Source: Marsupella aquatica
Lineage: Eukaryota > Plantae > Marchantiophyta
Length of the DNA stretch: 64,000 nucleotides
Direction of reading: 5' to 3'
Assembly: GCA_973895155.1 (NCBI GenBank)
Contig: OZ316896.1
Span: forward strand, 13,385,369-13,449,368
Below are positions 25,701 to 36,349 of the stretch, in pieces. How positions within the stretch are numbered: position 1 is the first letter of the stretch; every line of letters starts with the position of its first letter. Under the pieces are notes generated by a model. That model was not told the origin of the DNA and did not search any database. It saw only the letters and a program-made list of their open reading frames with translations. Both the position numbers and the translations under genes were made by a program.

Positions 25701-25815
25701 GGAAGATCTCGTCCAACAATCTATCCACGAGGTCCGAATTCTTGATCGAGAACGAGAAGAGATTCCATCCAAACCCGTAGAACTTGGTATTAAACAAGTT
25801 CCTAAATTACATTAG
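22780..25815 (+). CDS. Plant ARM-repeat superfamily protein with N-terminal transmembrane helices (BLE2-like / At5g18980-like family), single coding exon, 1011 aa
   Basis: Uninterrupted 1011-aa ORF. The motif PEQNITLFALRLALIEKSASGIGTLSFIWASTILLGGF...EGTRIFTRSRELEWQH, hydrophobic segments, and helical ARM-like repeats (VIERLVEMLSW, KIGETRGLVPILV, IGSTGGVIRNL, PRIRRHSIE, FVIFSG) match this family as I recall it. Confidence 0.88.
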   Translation: MNMTGRARNEDQSSISINVDAAVDRPPKQKMKLDEDRSKSPTSSDTTKLSSPQRWSLGMDRPERLSSETTRLETDKSVGSGILDFYPSSSMKTVKIGEFEDETVACHSQLQLEQSYGLDPLAIFKKVTEDEIKKRAPEQNITLFALRLALIEKSASGIGTLSFIWASTILLGGFASNLNPVDFIVITLILVTEGTRIFTRSRELEWQHLASKSTEKSLTHESERSLKVPENCGGGEFTKFGGASSKPEEEPIPSSEPPGINLERAPKASYKHTTFAVSDEDLESCQISNAGYNIQHTPHLVPTGKTPGEKKSTSNDITDFELEKTVLGTADAKNIKRTWSGRLVPILPGRCSSIISTRGVSAILYWIQITSAAICLALSIWRLTQQEYNPPAVPKQDTPVNLYTSLNIFYTLALTEALLFLLERVYWEYKMNYEKLVLQVSKKADLGGGNQEMMKQFFYEVYKKCIDGSVFDGLSMDIVEYSLTLLQSDNSFEQLNGLKMLWKIVDRYDGFSLDALRRTGTAPGVIERLVEMLSWRGTLGGTDQDEIRLAVAAFICRLVRYNKNCFRVAAVPGAMEGILSLLRPHEQDHMIPRLDIPTDLLSSKRAMIALRLDGLRILVALARDPVNLLKIGETRGLVPILVAFIAVKDLHAFREMGGSELKTFKKVLRLLKMLSAARNASGTILRPMIVRVVFAIASMRDILEFGDYHPQLQWMAIEILSNLTLDDNIRRSIGSTGGVIRNLFTLYGRNLDLSKTLFLSEKDKRAEKTVSKRAGDALNLLATMCRKNCLRMMDLQDGNGKKLFIPTLLTMLNEYREHTICAAKILRSLMEYGNCSQKRAIAVCVVRVVRLTMGSSSPRMQEAVLGLASRVFTILEQRTYDQAFENVDRTELVRTLLKNLEYNPLGSYRLPRIRRHSIESILALVNRDPSFFAEFMSDGLLEKKLMQMLDTVCEAEDFVIFSGAEGLNRHSITMEDLVQQSIHEVRILDREREEIPSKPVELGIKQVPKLH

Positions 25816-26634
25816 CCAAATGTAAATTTCTTCCCCTCTAGTTCCGTGAGGGTTGTGTGATCTCTTTTGGTTGAAGAATGTAACATAGCGTCCTCTTAGT
25901 TGTAGCAGTCTGCTCTTATCCGCCCCCACAACAGATTAGGTCCTTTCAGCGCTTCGTATACTTCTGTATAATGTTAATTTCAAATTTAGAGCTAGATTTT
26001 AGGCTGTCCACGATATGGAGCAGACACAGTGAATTAGCTTCTCACAGTTTTTTTGTGGATAGTCACCCGGCGCCCCATATTCATAAATTCCTATGCCATA
26101 AGCTTGAGCTTGGAATGATAAGGGGTATCAGCATAGTTCTTGCATCATTCAATATATAGGCTTTGGTGCTTTGCATACCACTCTGTCTCCAGGAACTATC
26201 GATGATACATCCATCACTCAAGTTCAGAGTCATTCATACTAATTATTAACTTCAAATCTTCGTGCAGTGTCCTAGGCTTATTTACTAACCCTAGTCATTG
26301 ACGAGCTTGATAACCATTCTCAAATCGCATTCAGAAAGCCAATGAGGCTAGAGAGAAATACAGAACTCGAGTCACTAATGTTTAGTGCTGGTTCAGGGTC
26401 TTGTCCAGCAGACCGAGGGGTCCTTCTGGCCAAACGAGGAATTTTAGAACTGGACCTTGTATCTGTGAGTGCATCCATTTTGCAAAGGTGACAACATTAT
26501 GCTTCCCGTGGATGTGACCTCTGATCAGAAGTGAACCCATGCATATATCTTGTGTGCAGTCTGTGTCATTTTCTTCTCGAAACCAATATTTGTTTGTCAA
26601 TAAACATATGAAGAACATAAAGACTGGCACTTTT

Positions 26635-27395
26635 TTGAGTACATATGAGTTTCCCTTGAAATAATACACTCTTGGACACCGAACACAACGTCAATAAATA
26701 CACTTTTTGAGTGCATGTGAATTTCCCTTGAAACGTGTGAAGGTTTTCCCTTGTGAAGTGTTCTCTTCTGTGTCTGGTCTCGATGTCTTCCCGACTGCAC
26801 TTTCTTCTCGTAGGGCTAGTTTTTAGCTCTTTACTCTTTACTGTAAAGTGCAGCGGGTGTAAGGCAGTCTGTTGCCCAACATGTGAAGGGCTTCCCTGAC
26901 TGCACTTTCGTTCTTCTCGTAGGGCTAGTTTTTAGCTCTTTACTGTAAAGTGCAGCGGGTGTAAGGCAGTCTGTTGCCCAACATGTGAAGGGTTTCCCTT
27001 GCACCGCTTTTCTTGTCACTCTGGCTTCTTCTGGCAGCGCCTGTGTCCTTTCAAACTGGTTTTAAGGCAGCAGCACCTTGTCTTAAGCAGTATGTGTGTT
27101 GTGCTGGGGATAGAGCATTCAGTCTTTTGCAAATGAATCAATCAACGGATGCATTCAGTCTTTTGCAAATGAATCAATCAACGGATGTGAGTGCAATGCT
27201 TGCACTCTTCCACAGATACTCTGTATGATTTACGAATGTGTCAAATCTTGTAACAGTGTCTCATATTTGTTCTCCAAGCTATAGATCACAAAACCACACT
27301 GACTATAGGAATGAAAACTTGAAGACTGCTGCATTTGAAGTACATGTGAGTTTCCCTTGAAACAGTAGACTCTTTGACAGCATACACAACGTGTA
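26635..27395. repeat. Cluster of local duplications (~110-bp, 37-bp and ~55-bp repeats)
   Basis: TTCTCGTAGGGCTAGTTTTTAGCTCTTTACT...GCCCAACATGTGAAGG twice; GCATTCAGTCTTTTGCAAATGAATCAATCAACGGATG twice; GTACAT.TGAGTTTCCCTTGAAA at ~26640 and ~27340. Confidence 0.75.
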
Positions 27396-29382
27396 GTTAA
27401 CAATCAGGGTTGGCATGCTTTGAATGATGGCTTACGAATATTGTCACTGTATGATCTAATGTTGGACACAAAATCCATCTTCAGACTCTCTAGCTAGGAT
27501 GTGACTGACAGCGGGTGATCATCCGCAAGTTTTGGGAATGGTATGTCTAATAAATGTCTGGCTCCAGTGGACGGACTTATTGGACTTCAGATCTAGTTCA
27601 AGACCTCGTCCGCTCGAGGTTTAAGTGTCGGTGATAGATCGTCGGTTTCCGTATTTCCAGATTTTGGGACAGCCTTGTTGGACTTGGACCTAGTTCAAGC
27701 TCCCGTCCAGTCAAGGTTTCTTATTTGTGATATGGTCGATTTTCGCATCTCCAGGTTTTGGCACAGATTTGTTGGAGTTGGACAGCTCAAGCCCTCTTTC
27801 ACTCAAGATGTCTTTACTTGTGGTCGGTTTTCGGATTCAGGTCTTGGGACGGCGAACAGAAATTACGTGGACTCTCGGAGTAGAGAATTGTATTTTGGAG
27901 ACGTCCTGGTTAGAGTTCAATGAAAGCGGCCTCGCTCTCCCCAGAAAAAGGGAACTCGGATATTTTTAGTTGTATCTCTACGAGTGTGCTTTGGCTGACT
28001 CCATGGTTTTCCAGATCCAATTTCGAGGCTGAGAGTGGCAAACACGAAACTCTAGAGCTATTTACTTTCCGTTTCGAGCCTGAGAGTAATTTCGAACAAA
28101 ACCACTCTTGAGGTGCCCACCTTAATTGATACAACGTTTCGAGGTCTCATCAGTTTGAGTGCATTTCCTCGCACTACTAGTGACAATACTCATGAGCAGT
28201 TCAGTTTTCAGGTGCGAGAAACACGTTCAAAACGTTGAAACGATGTGCGCAAATTTGTGAAGATAATCCAACTCTGAGAACGGACCACCAAAGAGACCAG
28301 ACAAATGACAAATCGGTTACTCAGATTCCTTCCGGGCAAAATCTTTCTTCAAATAAGACTACAGTTGACAAGTAGAGGATGGAGGCTTCTTATCAAGAAT
28401 CCATTTCTCCCAATCCTATCAACGATATGCTCCACATCAAACATCCACAGGAAAAAGAACAATGAAGACGATAGATATAGCCTTTCAAAACTGATTTCAA
28501 GCCTACGCCCGGTACAGAGATGTCATGCTTTAGAATGCTAGGACCACTTCATTGGTGGAGCTGCATCTAAGAGCGGGAAATTGAAGTAAACGTCCTATCA
28601 ATTTGTTCACTCGTGAGCAAACTGACTAACTTTCTACTATCCTCGTGAGAAGGGCTTCAACTTGAAGAGACACCTGCCTCAGTATTTGGTATCCAGAGGT
28701 CAAGACTTAGTTCTGGACTGAATTGTGAGCTGCCACCAATACCAGGTCCAGATAACAGTAGAAGTCCTGGCAGCTCTATCGAAACTGGGGGACTCATACG
28801 GTTACAATTGTTCACCTTAAGTGCATTGCAAGTTATGGATACTGTACAAGGTTTACATGGGTGAGCCGGCGTCATGTGATTTGATCTGCCGGACCGGTTA
28901 GTGGTACAGAAAACCCAGCCACCCTACCCTTCCTACTGCTGTCTCTTCGTTGGCAACCAAAGCTGGAAAGAGGTTCTACTCGTTATCACACTCGGGGTAC
29001 GTATACTCCTCCAGTTCCAATCGTGAATTGGTAAGCCTGCGTACAGCTGTGCCTCTTGCACCCCCAAGGTCTGACATTCAACCTCCTTGTTTGCCACTCC
29101 CTCCGCCATCTCGCCTCTCTGAAGGAATAATCATTTCAGATCCCTACGAGAATTCTTGGCTGCCGACAGTTCAGAGCACAGGATGTTCCTGTCTATTGCA
29201 TTCCACTCAATATGCTGACCTGCTGGATTTCAACTTCGCTTGGTCAGCTCTACTAACAGCTCTAACCTGTTTACTTCTACCTGTTTCCTTCATCCAAGCT
29301 AATTTTAACCCGCGAGCGAATCCCGCTACCCTTCTCCTGATGCATTCTACACATGGATCTAACTGGTTAAAGTAAGCTAGGT

Positions 29383-32330
29383 TTACCATGCTTCTACCCT
29401 CTCATTTGTTTGATCAATAGTGTTCACGAGCCTTCCACCTTTGGCCTTCCCTTTGCCTCGCTTCTTCGGAACTACTATACAATATTCTTGATATTGTACT
29501 GGTGGAGTTTCTACGACAGGCTCACTCTCATGATGGCCATTTGGAATAGCTCCCGCGCAATCATTGTTGTGCCCGTCTGTATCAGGTGCCTCTGGACCAG
29601 CAGAGGCAGGCCTTGAATCCAGTACAACATCTTCACGATCTCGTAGGGTCCTCAAGATTAAGGTTTTGAGGAAGTTCATAACTTGCACCGCATGCATCAG
29701 TGCTGTAAGAGGATCGGCCATCTGCACGTCACCAACACTTACAATGTTAATTATGGATCACTGTCTATAAACGAAATATCTTCAATCGCACAGGTTATGG
29801 ACCATATCACTGTCAATAAACGAAATTTCTTCAATCGTACAGGTTAAGGATATTCTAAAGACCCATTGACACCATGGCGAGCATACCTGAGTCATATTGG
29901 GAGCGAAAACCATGGCGATATTGCGGGCATTCATCTTATTGACCTGTTCCTCTTGAGCAACATCTGCCATCAAATTGACAGCCCAGTCCAAAAGGGCTGC
30001 CTGTGTAGGAGGGAGCAGTTTCACTAGCTCCACACATTGCTCCTCGGTGTGACATTGCATTACTTGCTCTGGTGAAAGAGAATCCAGCACTCCTCGTGGT
30101 AGCTCCCTGAACCAAGCCTGCCCAACCCACGAATCGTCCAGAACGTCATTTCATCTCTTTCGTGTTCAATATGCGAAGAGCCAAATGTTGACAAACAAAA
30201 ATCCTACGCACTTAGGCAACTGCAGGGAGCAAGACCAAAAAGACAAGAGGCAAAGCGCATGGCCACAACGACCACCAATCCTATGTCAACACTGCTTCTC
30301 AAAAAGTTCCGTAATAGTGGTATCACGATGGTTCGAAGGGACTCCACGGCCCACGACGACTGGCTTGATCTGGCATGTCATTATGCTCAGCAGATTGTGC
30401 AAAAAGTCACTTCAGGAGGACACCCGGTAAGCAATCACTACATCTCGTTGTAAAAAGGTTCTGCCACTTATCTGGACAAGACACCCTGTCTGACACGTCT
30501 ACAGGACCAACCCAAGCCCGGGACGACCGGCAACATGACATGATCTTCCTTAAACTATGAAAGAACAGTACGCCTCCGACACAACCAACATAATTGTGTC
30601 ATGACGAGCACTGCGACAACTCGAACCTCCTATTAAACATAATACCCAACAGTACCCAACGGGCTCCTGTTGCTACCTACCTCGCTGGAAACGCTGCAAT
30701 CGAGGAAAATGAAAACGTCTCGACATCTACCAAGCAAGTACCAAAAGCTACAGACGACCTGCTATCCCAGCTTCTGGCCATTAGCCGATTCCCTTTCTCA
30801 GCTTAAGTCGTAAGAAGATACATCAAGAACCCGTGCCAATCTCACGGAATAACGAGAAGACTGTCATCTTTTCGCTGTAGCACTTGGCCAAATTCCGACC
30901 GAGAGAAGACTGCTAAGGGCTAACATGGCTAATGAGAGACCTATCGACCACAGCATGCCCTCACGTACCTTGATGAGACCAGCAAGACAGTGAAGATCGA
31001 TATCGTTCGGAACGATGCCTTTATTAAGCTGCTTCCTAGCGTGCTCTTCATGGATGCTTTCGGCGTTGATCCTAAAGATACCTTCAACCTGCGGAATTCG
31101 AAGCACAGAAAAACAGAACGGTGTCAACAGAAGTGAGACAGTCATAATGCCGACACTCCCATGGCAAACTTAGCTCGCACTCCTTAAAGGTGTCAACGAG
31201 ATAATCACATCTTAACAGAGCCAACCTCGGCAAGTTCTGGCTTTCCGTTCCCCAAAATTCAAGAAAAGAAGGAAAACCCACAACTCCCACAAGTAATCCA
31301 GTAGACACACATCGCGAGTAATCCTAATCAAAGGTTCCTAGCGGTCCAAGTTCCAGAGTGACTAGAGACAGACGAATGGAATCCAATTGTGCCACAAACC
31401 TTCATGCCTCCTTGGATATAGAGTGCTTCTTGCATCAGAAGCAGAATGGTCGGAACGCTATTTCCCTTCGCATCGTAAGAACATTGCATCGACTCCGCCG
31501 AAACACCAAACACGCTCGCACTGCGACAGAAAGAAAATAATTTAACTTCCCAAGCAGGGCAGGAGAATAGGGTGGCCCCCATAATTCCAGCTTCGTCGAT
31601 GAAAAACCCCTGCAGCAGAATTCTCTGAGCAGAGCTACGTCTCTCTAGCAACCTTCCGGGGGACCACAAACCAGACTACTTCGAATTCCAACGAGTAGAT
31701 TGAATGGTTACTACGTATTCAGCTACAAACGCAAGAAGTGAAGGCATCAACTAACCTGGCGCTAGGAACCCTTCTAGGGACTTCGACTTCAAACTCCACG
31801 GGCAAGCCGAGAAACCCATTGTAGCGGTCGAAGGTGACATGAGCAACATGCTGCACATTCGTCGGCCAGCCAATGTCCATGTTGCATTCTTCGTCGGGGG
31901 CCCTGCACGTGAGCAGGGAGCGGCGAAAGGCAGCCAGCATGAGGGCCAGCATCGACAGCTGGCGTTGAGCCCTTTCGTGGTCGCTTTCTCTCCTTCGAGT
32001 GACCTCTCCGCCATTACCGCCCCCATGATGATTATGATGCCTGCTCACCACCATTTCACCTCCCCTTTCCATGATGTGCTCCTCATAATCTACAGTACTT
32101 AACCGGTTGCTCCCACCACTACGCACCTGATGGTGATGGTGGTGTTGGTGGTAGCGAGGCTGTTGTTGCTCTGATACACCCATGACCGTGTGAATGAGAG
32201 GAGATGATGGATTTCCAACGAAGTCGTCGGAGTCTGATTCGTCTGAAGTATACTGTCCATTGCAACTGTAGTCATCAGAATCCGTGTTATCAGATGGGTA
32301 CTGACGCCGAGAAGGAAGAGCTTCCGTCAT
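29383..32330 (-). CDS. RopGAP: ROP GTPase-activating protein (CRIB + RhoGAP), 5 coding exons, ~461 aa
   Basis: Exons 32330-31756, 31520-31400, 31088-30969, 30117-29887, 29721-29383, with GT-AG introns and 1386 nt in total. CRIB motif MDIGWPTNVQHVAHVTFDRYNGFLGLP; RhoGAP motifs VEGIFRINAE (arginine finger), AWFRELPRGVLD and NKMNARNIAMVFAPNMT; C-terminal ERVEAW typical of plant RopGAPs. Confidence 0.93.
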
Positions 32331-35300
32331 CTCTTTTTTCACTCTGAAACGGGGATGATCGTCGACTTCAATTCCTCTTCCTCCCAGTCCTTCTCTTGCA
32401 ATGCCTTTCACCAGCAGAGGCCCTCGTTGTCCTGTCAAAGGAAGTAGTGCCGATTAATGAATGAAAACCTTTAGGATTAATTCCTGGCTTTGACATGAAT
32501 GTCAGCAGGCACGATCTGTTACAGTATCAGGGTAAGAAACCCTAAGAGCCTCGATCAAAACAACTAGTGGATGCTCGATCAAAACAACTAGTGGATGCTG
32601 TTGCTGTGAGGGTGACAGCACCAGCGCATCATGATCACTTTCTCCAAAACGTCGACGAGGCTCTGTTTGCGCGTGAATTGGTACAACCCAAAAGAGACAA
32701 TGGATGGCAATCACAGTTCGACATCGTAGTAGGCTGAGAGTAACCCTGAAAGCGCGATCACAATTTTCCCAGTTCTAACAAGAACGACGCTGGACAGCAC
32801 TGGAGCGTGGTGGATAAAGCGTCACCAAAAATGGGCGTGAGTGAAACAGAGGACAAACCTTCACGCCCAAGCGGAAAGTCCCCATTCCAAAACATCACAT
32901 CCGCTCACCCCTTCACAAGACTAACATCACGTATGGGAGAGAAATTCGCGAAAAGAAACTGCCGAACCCTATGCATTACAGCCCCTCAAGTAGCCCATGC
33001 ATCGGCCCAGCCCAAAGAGTAACACAATCTAACACCCTGTGAGCCTCAACCTCGTCAATTGACGAACCACTAAAGCCAAATGGGCACGACAACTTTTAGT
33101 TGCTCGGTCGGACCTACGGCTTAAGCGATTGAGTCAGAAGTGATTTACAAAATAATCTCACCCCAGTGAACTTTCCAGAACCGTGAACTAAATGTCATTT
33201 TCGTTTCGGAACGGTGTCGCTTATATGCCAACTAGAGGAGTAACGCTTAATGACTCTGTGGGACCCCACGAAATCACTAGCCTCACACGAGCATTCACTC
33301 TCGGCTCAGGATAGTTCGAACCAGTGAGCTGACGCCAAAATCGTCCTTAACAACCCCAGCTCGGTGGCGACAAATACAAGGGACCATGCTCAGGACTCTC
33401 GTCCGAGACGAGGAAATCATAAACAAAAAAGGGGAACTGATACGAAGCTCTCCCAAATGCTGCTAGCAGACTGAACCCATAGTGACCCTCACCACCGCTC
33501 ACGAAGAAATCTCCACAACGAGACCATGCAACTATACCCAAACACGCTACTAATAACGCATTAATCATTAACAGTACAATAGACATCAATACCTCTGCCG
33601 TGGGAAGCATGTGCAAGTGCTCCTCCCAACCGTCAACAAGAATTCATGATTCCTGTTCGAAAGACTTTCTACATTATGAAACCTGCTTGCAAGGAATAAG
33701 AAAAAAAATGGCGAAGGGGAGAGACCAAACCTGTGTTCGGCTTGGAAGGATTGGAACTCCGGTAATACATCGTGACGATGATGAACAAGAAGGCGATGAA
33801 GAATGCCGAAATCACAGAGAAACAGAAACCCGCCGGATGAACAATGGCTTCTACGGAGGTATCGATGTCCAAGATATGAGGATGAGGAGCGACAGTGTTG
33901 GACGAGCCGTCGCGTCCAAAAAAAAGGCACGAGTCCGAGGATTGGAGGATACCTGGACAATACGAACACCGCCCTGCTCAGCCTATGAAAAGAAAAAGGA
34001 GATGAACAAGAACCGCGATAGAGGCCCCTGAGGTTGCTTCTGGCACAAGAACCGTCTACCTTGGACGCAGACCACCACGATAAACAATCTCCACCTCCCT
34101 ACACTCTAGAAATTGCTCCACCCGGAATATAGCAGCTACCCTCATCTAAACATCCACTAGCTCCTTCTGCTCTGCTCCAGCTGTTGCCCTATGGCAGACT
34201 TGTTTACAAAAAAGAATGGTTTGAGGTGTGAGACACCAAGTACAGAAAGACCTCCAGGTTCAAGACCCTCGACTCCAAGTTCATGTGGATGGAATGATAG
34301 CAAGTGGCCAAGAACGGCAAATTCCGAATTGGCATGAGAAAGCTGCTCGGTTTGACGAGCACTCGGACAGCGAGACCTCAACGACCATAATATGGAAGCT
34401 ATTTTGCTACAGTGGTGGGACACAGTCGCCGAGCGACTGCAGCGAGCAGTCGTTGTTACAATGATGGACTGACCTGCTCCGCCAACTTGAAAAAAATTCA
34501 AGAAGCCACGGTCAGAGTGAAAGCTTGCTTGCCAAAGCGACCAGCCGGTGACCGAATAACGCACGACCCACCAGCAAGAGAACTGCAGAACGAAGTTCAA
34601 AATGGATGATCCCAGATAGCTGGTAGGCTAGATGACTTGTCGAGGTAGCTCTACAAGTCAAAGGGATCCAGACTAAACGAGCAACGGGAACAGAGAAAGA
34701 AACGGAGACGGATGGTGAAGTACGAAGTCTGTTGACACTTTGAATCCTTTGAGACAAAGAACATTCCTCACTCTCCTCCCCTCCTCCTCACAAGCCAACT
34801 AGCAGTCACCTACGGGCAATCCTGCTGTCAAGACAAGACAGCCCCCGGGCATGCTGAGCATGGTTTTCTTGGCTGCCCAGCAGCACGCTGCCGAGCACCT
34901 TACCGAATAAACAAGAAAGGATGAGGAATTAAAGAACGCCAGAAGGGTGACTCTAGTCGACCCACAATCAGACAAAACGTACTAAGTAGGACGTGATCCC
35001 ATTCCTTTCCAGCACTCCAACCCCCCTTCACCTCACCCTCCTCAACAGCTCGATACACACTCGCTACGCAACAAGCTATGCTGCATCACTGGTCAAAAAG
35101 CTGTCAACGATTCTACGGACTCTGCCCACAAGCTTCTCTTCAAGCTGACCAAGTCCATGGGCCGCAAGCAAGAACCGCATGAAGCAGCATCCGCGGAGCT
35201 CTAACATGCTCTACTCCTCCTTCCTCCTCATCATCATCACCCAGACCCACCCAATTAATCACTTCCTTCTCATCAATAACCCCATCAAGTCATCAACCCA

Positions 35301-36171
35301 ACCCCCGCCCCCCCCCCCCCCGCCTTCTCCTCCACCCTCAATCAACCGCTCAGCCGGGCAGCATCATCATCTACGCCGCGAGAAACTCGTTCGCGCACAG
35401 TAGGGAGGAGAGAGAAAGTCATCAACAGGAGCGATTGGGAACAAGAGAACGACCGATAAAGAACCGGTGACAGAAAGAATCCAAGACCTTGACAAGCCCC
35501 CAACAACAACAACAACAGCAGCAGATTCCTCTGCGGTGCATGTGTAGTGTTGGCAGGCAGGCAGGCAGGCAGGCAGGCACTCGGATCTCAACCGAATTCA
35601 ATTCTGTTTCCGCCCTCATCGCCTTCGTCTCAACTCTCGACGCAACATCCCTTGTTACGGAGCAGTACACTACTACTGTTGTCAGTACCAAAAATTACAC
35701 ACGGCATGCGTCTCGAGCGAACCTCCGTCTCGAGGGGGCCTTTCTTTGCCTACGTCATTTAGCTGGGATTAACTTTAGCTGCTCCGCCAAAGTCTCCAGG
35801 CCAGCGAGGCCAGACGAGCCCAGCCAGCGAAGCCGAGCCAGCGAGTTCGGAGTTCCGAGTCCCGAGGCAGCGCATGCCGATTGCCGAGGCAGGGAAGGCC
35901 GACCCGACAAAAGCGGCCTTACGCACGCCAAATTCCAGATTTTTCAAATTTTTTCCATTTTGGGGATCTTGCAGGTACCGGGGTTAAGGGTTTACCGGGG
36001 TTAATAAAGGTGACCGGGTGATCTACCCTGCTACTGTAGGTGAACCATGTCACGGCGGTAAGGAACAAAGCGATTTAGTGCTCTAGTCATGATACGTCCT
36101 GTCTGCCAGTGATCCATCCAAAACAGATATAATAGTATTGCGATCCAGATTTCAATTTATTCCTGTTTTGC

Positions 36172-36349
36172 GGATTGTGCTGGTACAGAGGTTATTAAGG
36201 CTTTACTGGGTTTTAAGTGGGCTTTACTTGGTTTATAGGCACCTGGACCTTTAGAGAACTGGATTGTGCTGGTACAGGGGTTATTAAGGCTTTATTGGGT
36301 TTTAAGTGGGCTTTACTTGGTTTATAGGCACCTGGACCTTTAGAGAACT
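36172..36349. repeat. 89-bp near-perfect tandem duplication
   Basis: GGATTGTGCTGGTACAG...CCTTTAGAGAACT at 36172 and 36261. Confidence 0.85.

Noticed and set aside
23097-25797. Many antisense and alternative-frame ORFs overlapping the ARM gene (likewise in RopGAP and the Pong element)
   Set aside because: These are shadow ORFs of real coding sequence with no recognisable motifs.
33600-36004. 143-aa and 171-aa plus-strand ORFs upstream of RopGAP
   Set aside because: No recognisable domains; partly microsatellite-derived and antisense to the presumed leader.
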